In this document: positions 39,266 to 49,584 of the stretch, piece by piece | Numbering within the stretch: position 1 is the stretch's first letter | Layout of the letters: each line of letters starts with the position of its first letter | Assembly (NCBI GenBank): GCA_020059585.1 | Contig: JAGVBU010000008.1 | Span: 22,163-86,162, forward strand | Direction of reading: 5' to 3' | From: Minisyncoccota bacterium | GTDB taxonomy: Bacteria; Patescibacteriota; Minisyncoccia; UBA6257; GWB1-50-10 | Length of the DNA: 64,000 nt | The notes under the pieces: generated by a model | Database searches by the model: none | What the model was told of the DNA's origin: nothing | What the model saw: only the letters and a program-made list of their open reading frames with translations | Position numbers and translations under genes: made by a program

Positions 39266-40156
39266 TCACTTTTTTCTCCTTCTTCCATGAAATGCTTTAT
39301 GGATGTCTCTTAGCTCTTTGTTCGTAAGATGCGTATATATCTGCGTTGTAGAAACATTCGCGTGCCCAAGAAGAGACTGGACCGAACGGAGATCGGCGCC
39401 GTTTATAAGAAGGTCTGTCGCGAATGAGTGACGCAACTGATGAGGGTGGATTTTTTTGGGAATTCCCGCCGCGCGGGCATAAAAATCAACAAGACGCTCC
39501 ACCGAACGGGGAGTTATCCGTCCTATCACGTTTCCTGACCTGCTTAAACTTACGAAAAGCGCTTCTTCCGGATCGGTTCTTTTGTCTAGATACTTTCGAA
39601 TTGCTTTTCGCGCGCCCTCAGAGAGAAATACTACCCTAAGTTTGTCTCCTTTTCCCCGCACCGACACCTCACCTCGTTCAAGATCTATATATCGCTTAAG
39701 AGAACAGAGTTCGGAAAGACGGAGCCCCGTAGAAAAGAAGGTTTCAAGGATCGCTTTGTCGCGAAGCGCGCGAAGCGTCTCTCCTTCGGGAGCGCCTATA
39801 AGGCGTTCGAGTTCCCGGTAATCAAGCACCTCAATATCGCGTCTCGATGTTTTTGGTAGTTCTATCCTTTCCGGAGGAAGAGTTTCGTATCCTTGTTTTA
39901 TGAGATATTTAAGAAAATTTCTGATCGCGATCACGTAATATCCCTGCGTGTTTTTTTTAAGTTCTTTCCCCGACAAATGAACGCGAAAGTTTCGTACTTT
40001 TTCCGGAGTAATGTGCGAAAGTTTTCTTATTTTCTGATCCTCGAAAAACGCGAGAAGATACCTACTGTAGTTTTCGCGTGTTTTCCGAGATCTGTTTTTC
40101 TCTATCTCAAGATAATCGAGATACTGCTCAAGAAGTGTATACGCCTCTTCTTTCAT
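39266..40156 (-). CDS. Tyrosine site-specific recombinase, XerC/XerD-like
   Basis: 296 aa; N-terminal core-binding domain (LEQYLDYLEIEKNRSRKTRENY), catalytic R..HxxR..Y set (RDKAILETFFSTGLRLSEL; HQLRHSFAT; IYTHL). Confidence 0.75.
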   Translation of the reverse strand: MKEEAYTLLEQYLDYLEIEKNRSRKTRENYSRYLLAFFEDQKIRKLSHITPEKVRNFRVHLSGKELKKNTQGYYVIAIRNFLKYLIKQGYETLPPERIELPKTSRRDIEVLDYRELERLIGAPEGETLRALRDKAILETFFSTGLRLSELCSLKRYIDLERGEVSVRGKGDKLRVVFLSEGARKAIRKYLDKRTDPEEALFVSLSRSGNVIGRITPRSVERLVDFYARAAGIPKKIHPHQLRHSFATDLLINGADLRSVQSLLGHANVSTTQIYTHLTNKELRDIHKAFHGRRRKK

Positions 40157-40254
40157 ATATTTGCACTATATCACATCTGTCGCACAATAATCATGGGGAG
40201 TTCTTTCCGTGAAAACTTTTGACAATTCCTTGGTTTTGGGGTACGATTGACCAT

Positions 40255-40521
40255 ATGCTTTCAAAGCAAAAAAAACAGGCGGCGACTCGCGAATATAAAC
40301 GGCACGATACCGACACTGGTTCTGCCGAATTTCAAATCGCGCTCCTGACCCGTCAGATAAAAGCACTCGCGGATCATTTGAAAAAGAATTCGAAAGATAA
40401 TCATTCGCGAAGAGGCCTTCTTATGATGGTGGGGAAGCGAAGACGATTTCTTCAGTATCTTGAAAAAAATGACGAAAAAAAATACAGCTCGCTTATCAAG
40501 AAACTGAAATTAGACATGTAA
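40255..40521 (+). CDS. rpsO: 30S ribosomal protein S15
   Basis: 89 aa; conserved TGSAEFQIALLT..I..L..HLKKNSKDNHSRRGLLMMVGKRRRFLQYL. Confidence 0.85.
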   Translation: MLSKQKKQAATREYKRHDTDTGSAEFQIALLTRQIKALADHLKKNSKDNHSRRGLLMMVGKRRRFLQYLEKNDEKKYSSLIKKLKLDM

Positions 40522-40592
40522 AGGCGAGGGCGCTCATTTTTGCTTCCCACAACGGGAAGCAAAAATTTTATCTCTTCACAAAGAACACGAAT

Positions 40593-41150
40593 ATGTATCC
40601 AAACCAACGCGTAGGCATTTTCATTGACGTCCAGAATATTTATCACTCGGCAAAAAACCTTTATCAGGCCCGAGTGAACTTCGATCATTTGATAAAAACA
40701 CTCACTAAAGATCGATTTCTCATACGAACGATCGCGTATGTCGTAAAAAGCGAAGGACTCGTGCCTCAGGAACACCCAGGGGGGGAGGAGTCTTTTTTTG
40801 ACGCGCTTCGTAAAGCGGGTATAGAACTTCGTCTCAAAGACATTCAAGTATTCCCCGGCGGAGCAAAAAAGGCCGATTGGGATGTCGGACTCGCTGTTGA
40901 CGCAATCAGGATGGGGCAAACACTTGATACCATTATTCTCGTTACGGGCGACGGGGACTTCGTTCCTCTTGTGGAATACCTGAAATGGGGTATGGGAAAA
41001 CAAATAGAGGTCGCCGCGTTTTCCCGAACGACATCGGCGCGACTCAAAGAATCCGCAGATACATTTATAGAACTTGAATCAATCCCAAAAATCCTTTTAC
41101 GTATAAGAAAAAACATAAAACAAAATAATAAAAAATATGGAACTACATAG
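40593..41150 (+). CDS. NYN/LabA-like (PIN-fold) domain protein
   Basis: VGIFIDVQNIYHSA N-terminus and TGDGDFVPLVEYLKWGMGKQIEV typical of NYN/LabA. Confidence 0.6.
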   Translation: MYPNQRVGIFIDVQNIYHSAKNLYQARVNFDHLIKTLTKDRFLIRTIAYVVKSEGLVPQEHPGGEESFFDALRKAGIELRLKDIQVFPGGAKKADWDVGLAVDAIRMGQTLDTIILVTGDGDFVPLVEYLKWGMGKQIEVAAFSRTTSARLKESADTFIELESIPKILLRIRKNIKQNNKKYGTT

Positions 41151-43188
41151 AAAAATATTTTCGACGGAAATAGACGGAACTCCCGTCTCAATCGAAGTGT
41201 CCGAACTCGCGGGACAGGCAAACGCCGCGGTTATCGGGAAGCATGGAAATACCATTGTGCTTGCTACGGTCGTTATGGGAAAAGAGGATAAAGGAGGAGA
41301 CTTCTTTCCTCTCACCGTTGATTATGAGGAACGTTTTTATGCCGCGGGGAAAATAATCGGGAGCAGATTTGTACGACGCGAGGGACGTCCTTCTGATGAG
41401 GCCACTCTCTCGGCGCGACTTATTGACCGGACCATCCGCCCTCTTTTTGATCATCGCCTTCGCAGGGAGGTGCAGGTTGTAGTCACGATACTTTCTTATG
41501 ATGAGCAGAACGATCCTGATGTGATCGGTCTTCTGGCGGCATCAACCGCGCTCCATATTTCTGATATCCCATGGAACGGTCCTGTTGCGGGAGTGCAGAC
41601 GGTAAAGAAAGACGCTTCGAATAACCTTCTCTTCAAATCATTTTTTGCGGGACCGGAACAGTATGTAAATATGATCGAATTCGAAGGAAAGGAAATAAAT
41701 GAAGCAGAAGCGACAGCGGCATTCGAAGAATCCCACGAAAAAATTAAAAAACTCGTTGCGTTTCAAAATGACATCAGGAAAGATATAGGGAAAGAAAAGA
41801 CCGAAGTATTACTCCCCGCACACGACGAGGCGTTATATCAAGAGGTATCTTCTTTTCTTGAAAAGGATCTTGGCGCGGCGTTCAAGGAAAAAAGAGTAGA
41901 TTCATTGAAACGGGCGTTATTTGATCATATCAGCGCGCACGAAACACTATGTGAAAAAATTAAAGAGGTGGAAGCGATATTCGAGCAAATTGCGGACTCA
42001 TTCGTCCATACCGAAGCGCTTGTTTATAATCGGCGCGTTGACGGAAGAGCTCTCGATGAGATACGCCCTCTTTATGCCGAAACCAGAATCTTTCCCACCA
42101 CACATGGATCAGGGCTTTTTATCCGAGGAAATACACAGGTTCTTGCGATGACCACGCTCGCGTCATCATCCGCGGAGCAACTCGTTGAGACTATGGAAAC
42201 CACGGGGAGGAAACGTTTTATGCTTCATTACAACTTTCCTAATTTCTCTGTGGGGGAAACAGGCAGATCACGCGGACCTGGGAGAAGGGAAATCGGTCAT
42301 GGCGCGCTCGCGGCAAAAGCGCTCGCGGCAATGATTCCCGACAAAGAAGAGTTTCCCTACACTATCCGAATAGTCGCGGAAACACTTTCTTCAAACGGAT
42401 CATCGTCTATGGCATCAACATGCGCATCATGCCTCTCCCTTATGGATGCGGGTGTCCCTATGAAAAAACATGTTGCGGGAATCGCAATGGGACTCATGCT
42501 TGATACTGAAAAAAATACTTATAAAATACTCACCGATATACAGGGACCCGAGGATCATTATGGAGATATGGATTTCAAAGTCGCTGGAACCGTAGATGGT
42601 ATCACCGCAATACAGATGGACGTAAAAATAAACGGCATCACGGGAACGATATTCAAGGAGGCGCTCGCGGCAGCGAAAAATGCACGTCTTCATATTATTA
42701 ACACCGTCATGCGTCCAGCACTTCCGGCCGCGCGACCGGAGGTTTCTCCTTACGCTCCGAAGATACTTACACTTGTTGTCCCTAAGGAAAAAATAGGAGA
42801 AATAATTGGACCTGGCGGACGTAACATCAACGCGGTTATCGCTGCGAGTCTCGATAAAATAACCATTGACATCGAAGAAGACGGCACCGTCTATATCGCG
42901 GGAGTAGAAAAGGAACTCGTAGAGCGGGCATATAATTCAATAAAGGCGGCGGTACGTGAATATACCGTGGGAGAAATAGTGAACGGGAAGGTGGTTCGTA
43001 TTCTCGAATTCGGAGCAATTGTCGATCTTGGAGGCGGAAGAGATGGAATGATACACGTTTCCGAACTAAAGGAGGGGTTTGTAAAAAAAGTTGAAGATGT
43101 GGTGCATATGGGAGACGAGGTGGTAGCAAAAGTAATCCGCGTCGATCCAGAGGGAAAAATAGGGCTTTCCCTAAAAAATCTCGTATAA
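41137..43188 (+). CDS. pnp: Polyribonucleotide nucleotidyltransferase (PNPase)
   Basis: Two RNase PH domains, KH and C-terminal S1; 683 aa. Confidence 0.9.
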   Translation: MELHRKIFSTEIDGTPVSIEVSELAGQANAAVIGKHGNTIVLATVVMGKEDKGGDFFPLTVDYEERFYAAGKIIGSRFVRREGRPSDEATLSARLIDRTIRPLFDHRLRREVQVVVTILSYDEQNDPDVIGLLAASTALHISDIPWNGPVAGVQTVKKDASNNLLFKSFFAGPEQYVNMIEFEGKEINEAEATAAFEESHEKIKKLVAFQNDIRKDIGKEKTEVLLPAHDEALYQEVSSFLEKDLGAAFKEKRVDSLKRALFDHISAHETLCEKIKEVEAIFEQIADSFVHTEALVYNRRVDGRALDEIRPLYAETRIFPTTHGSGLFIRGNTQVLAMTTLASSSAEQLVETMETTGRKRFMLHYNFPNFSVGETGRSRGPGRREIGHGALAAKALAAMIPDKEEFPYTIRIVAETLSSNGSSSMASTCASCLSLMDAGVPMKKHVAGIAMGLMLDTEKNTYKILTDIQGPEDHYGDMDFKVAGTVDGITAIQMDVKINGITGTIFKEALAAAKNARLHIINTVMRPALPAARPEVSPYAPKILTLVVPKEKIGEIIGPGGRNINAVIAASLDKITIDIEEDGTVYIAGVEKELVERAYNSIKAAVREYTVGEIVNGKVVRILEFGAIVDLGGGRDGMIHVSELKEGFVKKVEDVVHMGDEVVAKVIRVDPEGKIGLSLKNLV

Positions 43189-43284
43189 AAGATCGCAAAA
43201 TACGACATTAATCCCCGCGTTTCCTCGGGGATTTTTGAAAATAGGAGGTGACCACGAATCCTAAATAGTATATAATGATACACA

Positions 43285-44388
43285 ATGAACGAAGGAAATA
43301 ATATGCCTCCATTGGGGAATTTCCCCGCAATAGGAGACGGAGAGGGAGAAATTCCTCTTGCAAAACAACCAAACGAAAAAGTCGATGTGCGCACGATGGC
43401 GTCAGATATCGCGTCCATACAGGAAACGGGTGGTGCCACGCCTCGCCCTTATACCCCCGGAACGAAAGAGAATCTCGGTACACTAGAAGATAAGACCGCG
43501 GAACAGCATGCGTTCGTGCAACCAACCAATCCTCCCGTACCGCCTGAGACGAATGCGCCCCAGACCCTTTCACCAGACACGGCAAAGAAAAAAAATCCAT
43601 TCGGATTAATATTGGGAATTATCGTGCTTATAGGAATTGCGGCGGGAATATATTTCTTCGTTGTTCCTATGTTCACTACTCCCCCCGAAGAGGATCTCTC
43701 AATTGTTACTGAGACGCCCCCAGAAAGTCAGATACCCCAAGAAGAACCTACGGTTCCTCCTGAAAACGAAGTTATTGTTCCAGAGACACAGGGAGACATT
43801 TCAGGAACACCTCTTCCCTCGGGACAAACGCTTGAGGTGCACGCTTCTTTTCTTAAGGATCCCGCAGATCTTGTATTCGACGCAAAACTCTCTTCTTTCG
43901 GACTCGCTGATATGATTGGCGCGCTCGAGTTTACTTCGACTTCAATCCCTGTATTTAAGGAGGTGGTATTCAAGACAATGGAGAACAAGCCCGTGTCTTT
44001 TGAATACGTCGCGTCAAGATTTTTTCCCTCGTTCTTTGTCACGGAAACTATGGAAAAATTCCAAAGCGACGGAACTGTGTTTAGCTATACCAACACAACA
44101 GGGACGTGGCTGGGAATTATCGCGAAATTGAAAGACGGAACCCCCATCGCCCCAGTGCAAGACTCTATGGCGACACTCCAGAAGAGTCCCGATCTTAAAA
44201 ATATATTTATCGTCGATCCGGGCGCGCAGGGTGCGTGGAAAGACGGAAAAATTGCGGAGAAACCAAGTTCGCTTGTTTCGTTTTCTAAAAATGGAGCGAC
44301 GCTTAGTTATACTTGGTTTGATCGTTTCCTTCTCATAGGAACAAATATAGAAGGATCGAATGAAGCGGCAAAAAGACTTGGATATTAA
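43285..44388 (+). CDS. Hypothetical membrane-anchored protein with Pro-rich linker and extracytoplasmic domain
   Basis: Cytoplasmic N-terminus, single TM (FGLILGIIVLIGIAAGIYFFVV), PE/PT-rich linker, ~230-aa C-terminal domain. Confidence 0.35.
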   Translation: MNEGNNMPPLGNFPAIGDGEGEIPLAKQPNEKVDVRTMASDIASIQETGGATPRPYTPGTKENLGTLEDKTAEQHAFVQPTNPPVPPETNAPQTLSPDTAKKKNPFGLILGIIVLIGIAAGIYFFVVPMFTTPPEEDLSIVTETPPESQIPQEEPTVPPENEVIVPETQGDISGTPLPSGQTLEVHASFLKDPADLVFDAKLSSFGLADMIGALEFTSTSIPVFKEVVFKTMENKPVSFEYVASRFFPSFFVTETMEKFQSDGTVFSYTNTTGTWLGIIAKLKDGTPIAPVQDSMATLQKSPDLKNIFIVDPGAQGAWKDGKIAEKPSSLVSFSKNGATLSYTWFDRFLLIGTNIEGSNEAAKRLGY

Positions 44389-44392
44389 AAGT

Positions 44393-44734
44393 ATGCATCT
44401 CACTAATGAAAAAATTGCGGAGTTCAAACGCATTCTCGAAGAAGAACGTGATAATATCGCGGCACAGATACAGCGCGTAGGTACCGGAATGGATTTCGGA
44501 AACGATATCGACGCGGGAGATGAAGAAACCGACGAAGCGGAGGAGATTGGAAATATGGAAGGCGTAAAATTCGTATTGGAGGAAAAATTGAAGAGCGTGA
44601 ATAGGGCTCTGGAAAAAATAGACAGTGGCTCTTATGGAATGTGTGAGACATGCAAGAAGGAAATAGAACCCGAACTTCTGAATATCGCCCCCGAATCTCA
44701 CTTGTGCAAAAACTGTAAACAGCATCCCGACTAA
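44393..44734 (+). CDS. DksA/TraR-family C4 zinc-finger protein
   Basis: Coiled-coil N-terminus and C-terminal CxxC-(17)-CxxC (CETCKKEIEPELLNIAPESHLCKNC). Confidence 0.5.
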   Translation: MHLTNEKIAEFKRILEEERDNIAAQIQRVGTGMDFGNDIDAGDEETDEAEEIGNMEGVKFVLEEKLKSVNRALEKIDSGSYGMCETCKKEIEPELLNIAPESHLCKNCKQHPD

Positions 44735-44744
44735 CAAAAAAACA

Positions 44745-46292
44745 ATGCGGGTCGTTCCAAAAATTTTCTCTGCGGAAATAGACGGAATAGATGCCGAATG
44801 TATTGAGGTGGAGGCCGACTTAAACGTCGGCCTCCATTCTTTTAATATTGTGGGTCTCGCCGATAAAGCGGTAAGCGAGGCGAAAGAGAGGGTTAACTCC
44901 GCATTAAAAAATTCAGGAATAAAACCGCCGTCCAGAGAAAATAGAAAAATTACGATAAATCTTGCTCCCGCGGATATAAAAAAGGCAGGTTCAAGATTTG
45001 ATCTTCCTATCGCAGTCGCGTATCTTCTCGCAACGGGACAAATGCGTCCGTTTGATACGTCTGGTAAAATTTTTGTAGGAGAATTGTCTCTCGACGGAAA
45101 TGTGCGTCCTATAAACGGCGTTCTGAGTATTGCGCGTCTTGCCGCGCGTATCGGCTTTGAAGAAATATTTGTTCCATCCGAAAACTGCGCCGAAGCGGCG
45201 GTGGTGGAATCGATCCGCGCGTTTCCCGTGCGTTCACTCCAGGCGCTTCTTGATCATTTTGAATCGAGAAACACGATTAACCCCATACCCCGTCCAAATA
45301 TCGTTCCCTCCCGCCCGCCTTCAGGTGTTTCTATAGACGATATACGAGGGCAAGATGCCGCGAAACGGGCGCTTACAATTGCGGCAGCAGGAGGACACAA
45401 CATACTCCTTTCCGGACCTCCGGGAACCGGAAAAACCATGCTTGCAGAGGCACTCGCGTCAATTCTTCCCCCTCCCTCCCACGAAGAAATTCTTGAAATA
45501 ACGCAGATTCATAGTATCGCGGGATTCACCGCAAAAGACACTCCTTTTATCTACTGGAGGCCATTCCGTTCTCCGCATCACAGCGCATCAACGGTTTCCA
45601 TAATCGGAGGAGGAGCAAATCCAAAACCAGGGGAGATAAGTCTTGCACATCGCGGCATATTATTTCTTGATGAACTTCCCGAATTTCACAAGGATGTGCT
45701 TGAAAGCCTTCGACAGCCTCTTGAAGACGGCACGGTTCGTGTCGCGCGCGCGAAAAAATCAGTATCGTTTCCCGCCCGTTTTATGCTTGCCGCGGCGATG
45801 AATCCGTGTCCGTGCGGATATTTCGAGGACGCGGAAAAGGAATGCTCGTGCACCGCGCACGAAATCCTCCGCTATCAGAAAAAAATATCAGGGCCGCTTC
45901 TTGATCGCATCGACATCCAAATTCACGTACCCAGAATACCCATTGCCGATTTGCGCGTCCCAAGGGATGCAACACAAAGCACATCGCCTGCGATTGTAGG
46001 AAAGATATCCGCTGCGCGAGCGCTTCAAAGATCCCGATTTTCGTCGATAAAAATCCCGATACATTCAAATTCAGAAATGAGTTCGAAAACAGTAGACGCA
46101 ATGATTCAGCTTGATAACAGCGCCGAAACATTTCTGAAACATGCGCTTGAAAAATCTTTTATCTCTCCTCGTGGATACTACCGCGCGCTGAAAGTGGCGC
46201 AGACAATAGCAGATATTGACGGAGCGCCCTCAATAAAAAAAGAGCACCTTGCGGAGGCGTTCCATTACAGGCTGAAAACGGAAACGTACTGA
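44745..46292 (+). CDS. comM: Mg-chelatase-like AAA+ ATPase YifB/ComM
   Basis: N-terminal Lon-like domain, Walker A GPPGTGKT, Walker B FLDELPEF, C-terminal ChlI domain. Confidence 0.8.
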   Translation: MRVVPKIFSAEIDGIDAECIEVEADLNVGLHSFNIVGLADKAVSEAKERVNSALKNSGIKPPSRENRKITINLAPADIKKAGSRFDLPIAVAYLLATGQMRPFDTSGKIFVGELSLDGNVRPINGVLSIARLAARIGFEEIFVPSENCAEAAVVESIRAFPVRSLQALLDHFESRNTINPIPRPNIVPSRPPSGVSIDDIRGQDAAKRALTIAAAGGHNILLSGPPGTGKTMLAEALASILPPPSHEEILEITQIHSIAGFTAKDTPFIYWRPFRSPHHSASTVSIIGGGANPKPGEISLAHRGILFLDELPEFHKDVLESLRQPLEDGTVRVARAKKSVSFPARFMLAAAMNPCPCGYFEDAEKECSCTAHEILRYQKKISGPLLDRIDIQIHVPRIPIADLRVPRDATQSTSPAIVGKISAARALQRSRFSSIKIPIHSNSEMSSKTVDAMIQLDNSAETFLKHALEKSFISPRGYYRALKVAQTIADIDGAPSIKKEHLAEAFHYRLKTETY

Positions 46293-46298
46293 CATGAT

Positions 46299-47282
46299 CT
46301 ACTGAAGCGCGAAAGGATTTTTCGCGCCAAGAACCTCGAAATGCACATGACATCCAGTCACTCCCTCTGTATTTCCGGTATTTCCCAATAGAGCTATTTT
46401 CGATCCTTGCGCCACCACATCACCAACACTCACAAGGTTTTTTGAAGTGTGCGCATATCGCGTGCGAATCCCATTTTCGTGTTCTATAAGAATAAAGTTT
46501 CCATATCCGCTGTTCCATGAATCATCGGAAGATTCATCAACTATCACTCCCGCTGCCGACGCAAATACCGGAGTGCCACACGCGTTCGCGATATCTACCG
46601 CATTCGTCTCGTGAAGTTTTCCCCAATTCCATCCTTTTGCCGGAAGTGTGAAAAATCCTCTGAGCGTGGGGAGTCCTTCTTCCGTTTCTCCCTCGCGTAG
46701 TACTATTCCTTTTTCTTCCGCATCGGGTATTACAATAAACGCGCCCGGAGTTTCAAAAATCTTCTCATATCCCGCGTTGAATGATTTTATTGCCTCCGCG
46801 TTCACCCTGAAAGAACGCGCCACCTCATACAATGAATCTTCCGTGCGTATCCGATAGAGAATCCCCGAGACCGGAGGTATGGGAATCTCCTTTTTCTCCT
46901 CCAACAATTCACTTCCCTCGTTTGCGGATATGATCGTCTCCGCGCTTACTCCAAATTGCGCGGCAACAGACGCAAGAGTGTCTCCCTTTCGTATTTTATA
47001 CATCTTCATGTCGCGCCGTTTCTGATTTTCTTCCGGTACCGCGCGCGATATCCCCGTCAACGTATCACGATATATCACGTCATCAATAGGTGCGGCAGCA
47101 TATTCATTCATCGACATCGCGTCCGCTTGGGGGCCAAAAAATTCCGAAATAGGTCCGCCGGATCCCCATGAAGCGGAGGTGCTTATATATCCCGAAAAAC
47201 CCCCCTCGGGACGGACAAAAAGAACCGAAAATATCAGTGTTCCCCCAAGAAAAAACAAGGACCACCATTCAGTCGTCTTCAA
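46299..47282 (-). CDS. LysM-domain M23 family metallopeptidase (peptidoglycan hydrolase)
   Basis: LysM (YKIRKGDTLASVAAQFGVSAETIISAN) plus M23 motifs HTSKNLVSVGD..GNTGNTEGVTGCHVHFEV. Confidence 0.75.
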   Translation of the reverse strand: MKTTEWWSLFFLGGTLIFSVLFVRPEGGFSGYISTSASWGSGGPISEFFGPQADAMSMNEYAAAPIDDVIYRDTLTGISRAVPEENQKRRDMKMYKIRKGDTLASVAAQFGVSAETIISANEGSELLEEKKEIPIPPVSGILYRIRTEDSLYEVARSFRVNAEAIKSFNAGYEKIFETPGAFIVIPDAEEKGIVLREGETEEGLPTLRGFFTLPAKGWNWGKLHETNAVDIANACGTPVFASAAGVIVDESSDDSWNSGYGNFILIEHENGIRTRYAHTSKNLVSVGDVVAQGSKIALLGNTGNTEGVTGCHVHFEVLGAKNPFALQ

Positions 47283-47360
47283 TAGCCCGCGTATGTGTTC
47301 TTCTATCTTACGAATACCTTCACGCTACCATAATATCGGAAAATCCTCAATAATAAGGAA

Positions 47361-48140
47361 ATGGGAAGAAAACTTGGACAGCATTTTCTCAAAAACAACG
47401 CCATTCTCGATTCTGTCGCGTCGTCGATCGATATTTCCGGAAAATCGACAATTATCGAGATAGGGCCGGGACATGGGGAGCTGACCGAAAGAATAAAAAT
47501 CCGCCTTCTTAAGGAAGATCCGCAAAAGAAGATTAAGATCGTCGCGATAGAGAAGGATCCTTTTCTTGCCGCGGAGCTTCAAAAAAAGTTTGCAAATGAA
47601 AAACACGTCACCGTTATATGCGGCGACGCGCGAAGCGAATTGAAAAAAATTGCCGATCTAATTTCCACAGAGTACGTTGTTTTGGGAAACATACCGTATT
47701 ACATAACCGGATACATCTTCCGCATTATAGGATCACTCCGCAAAAAGCCGGCGCAGGTGCTCTTTGTGATACAAAAAGAGGTAGCTGAACGCATCGTCGC
47801 AAATCCGCCGAGAATGAATCTTCTCGCGGCGTGCGTTCAGGTGTGGGCATCTCCCGCAATAAAAAAGATAATATCCAAAAAAGAATTTTCACCTCCTCCA
47901 AAGGTGGATTCGGCATTTATCGAACTCTCCGCGAAAGAAATACACGTCCCCGATTCCTATTATCAGACCGCGAAAATCATATTCACTCACCCGAGGAAAA
48001 CACTTCTCAATAATCTTTCATTAAAAATATCCAAAGAAGAAACCGAGGCGTATATGAAAGAACTCGGCATCTCCCCGCGCGCGAGACCTCAGGACATCTC
48101 TATCGCGCAAATATTCCAACTTACAGAAAAAATAAAATAG
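47361..48140 (+). CDS. rsmA: 16S rRNA (adenine1518/1519-N6)-dimethyltransferase
   Basis: KsgA N-terminus GQHFLKN, SAM motif IEIGPGHGELT, NIPYYIT. Confidence 0.85.
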   Translation: MGRKLGQHFLKNNAILDSVASSIDISGKSTIIEIGPGHGELTERIKIRLLKEDPQKKIKIVAIEKDPFLAAELQKKFANEKHVTVICGDARSELKKIADLISTEYVVLGNIPYYITGYIFRIIGSLRKKPAQVLFVIQKEVAERIVANPPRMNLLAACVQVWASPAIKKIISKKEFSPPPKVDSAFIELSAKEIHVPDSYYQTAKIIFTHPRKTLLNNLSLKISKEETEAYMKELGISPRARPQDISIAQIFQLTEKIK

Positions 48141-48158
48141 AGTACAATAAAAACATCT

Positions 48159-48677
48159 ATGAAAACCTATCAAAAAATACTCATTGCGGCATTTCTCTCG
48201 CTTATATTTCTTATGCCGTATAAAACAGACGCAATAGGTATTTTCACGCCGTTTGGGGGAAAAATTTTGACGTGGAGCCCCGTCGCCCCCGGATGCGCTC
48301 CATTTACCACGGCGGTATGCGTTGCCACACTCGGTACGATCTGTCCCACCGTTGAGGAACTCATCATCGCGCCTCCGAAGGGGGGTACGTTCGGAATATT
48401 GCGCGTCGACGGGATGACAATACCCGGACTCACCACAATATACGAAAAATACCTGTATCAGACGCCAGCCATCACCGTTCTCGGGAAATCAATAAATATA
48501 TGCAATATGTGCGATAACCTCTCCGGTATACCAGGGATAGGATCGATCACTGATGTAGTGTGCGACATTCCCGCGGTAAGCGATATCGTGGACACGCTCT
48601 GTGACTTTGTGGGGAGCGCGTGTCCCGTCGGGAACCTCATTTATAAAATGGGAACAAGTGGGGTGCCTTCATTGTAG
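48159..48677 (+). CDS. Cys-rich secreted protein (hypothetical), first gene of the T4SS-like block
   Basis: Signal peptide (cleavage near TDA-IG), 10 Cys in 150 residues, no TM. Confidence 0.4.
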   Translation: MKTYQKILIAAFLSLIFLMPYKTDAIGIFTPFGGKILTWSPVAPGCAPFTTAVCVATLGTICPTVEELIIAPPKGGTFGILRVDGMTIPGLTTIYEKYLYQTPAITVLGKSINICNMCDNLSGIPGIGSITDVVCDIPAVSDIVDTLCDFVGSACPVGNLIYKMGTSGVPSL

Positions 48678-48792
48678 GGTTCTCCGTGCGTGCTGTGTTA
48701 CCCTGTAACGCGTTATGTTGTATAATAAAAAGAGTATCACGCAAGTAAAATAGCGGGAATTCTTGTGAGTGCCGCTTTTTATCTCAACACAC

Positions 48793-49581
48793 ATGACACT
48801 TTCATCAAAAAGCAAAAAACTCACCGCGGCCGTAATTGTGGGCGCGGGAATCATCGGAACATACCTCATACTCTCCTCCGAACGTGCTAATGGAAACGTC
48901 TTTTTTGACGTGGATTTCAAAAAAAACAGCGACGCGGCTCTCGGATTTCAAAAAGGAGATGTTGTTCCGAATAATCCGAATAACACATTTGATCCAAACA
49001 ACCTTACGGACGTATTTCTCAGTAAATACGCGGCCGAGATATTAAAGAAGAACCCCCAAGGACCCCTCGATCTAGAAGGTCAGAGAAAGATAACAATCCC
49101 ATCACAGGAATCGCTCGAAAAAATAATTCAAGAGGAGATGGAACAGGGAGTCGCGATACAAGAAGTCACCTCGCGGGAAATAAAACACACCACCGACGAT
49201 TCTCCGGCGGCAGCGCTTTCATACATACAAAGCATCATCTCAGCGAATGAGCGTATGTCAAAGAAAACAAACAACAACCTTGGGGAGGTGGCGTATTTAT
49301 GGCTTGAAAAAAACAATGCCGATCCCATCACAAAACAGATGGACGCGCTTTCGGTGCTCGTGTCTGATCTTCTCGCGGTGCCGGTACCTCCCTCATGGAA
49401 AGACGTTCATCTCTCCATGATCAACCTCCAGCAAAAAAAAATTACAGTGCTTCAGAGTATCTTTGATATTAACAGCGATCCCGTAAAAGCGCTTGCCGCG
49501 GCGCACATTATAGAAACACTCTCACTTGAAGAGCAGGATGTCGCGCGTATGATCCGGACAAAAGCACAAAAAATCCTCTAA
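48793..49581 (+). CDS. Membrane-anchored hypothetical protein (VirB8-like candidate by topology only)
   Basis: N-terminal TM helix (LTAAVIVGAGIIGTYLILS) followed by ~230-aa extracytoplasmic domain. Confidence 0.35.
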   Translation: MTLSSKSKKLTAAVIVGAGIIGTYLILSSERANGNVFFDVDFKKNSDAALGFQKGDVVPNNPNNTFDPNNLTDVFLSKYAAEILKKNPQGPLDLEGQRKITIPSQESLEKIIQEEMEQGVAIQEVTSREIKHTTDDSPAAALSYIQSIISANERMSKKTNNNLGEVAYLWLEKNNADPITKQMDALSVLVSDLLAVPVPPSWKDVHLSMINLQQKKITVLQSIFDINSDPVKALAAAHIIETLSLEEQDVARMIRTKAQKIL

Positions 49582-49584
49582 ACG

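Noticed and set aside
39162-48140. Possible genomic island integrated at tRNA-Leu (tRNA plus integrase signature)
   Set aside because: Genes on the integrase side are core housekeeping genes (rpsO, pnp, comM, rsmA). No direct repeat of the tRNA 3' end was seen by eye. The recombinase has XerC/D-like domain organisation.
48678-48792. Promoter TATAAT at 48721 and hairpin plus T-run at 48752..48781 as defined regulatory elements for the cluster
   Set aside because: The -35 is poor and the hairpin is weak (5-bp stem, 15-nt loop) and sits downstream of the putative -10. It cannot be decided from sequence whether this is a terminator for the upstream gene, an attenuator, or nothing.
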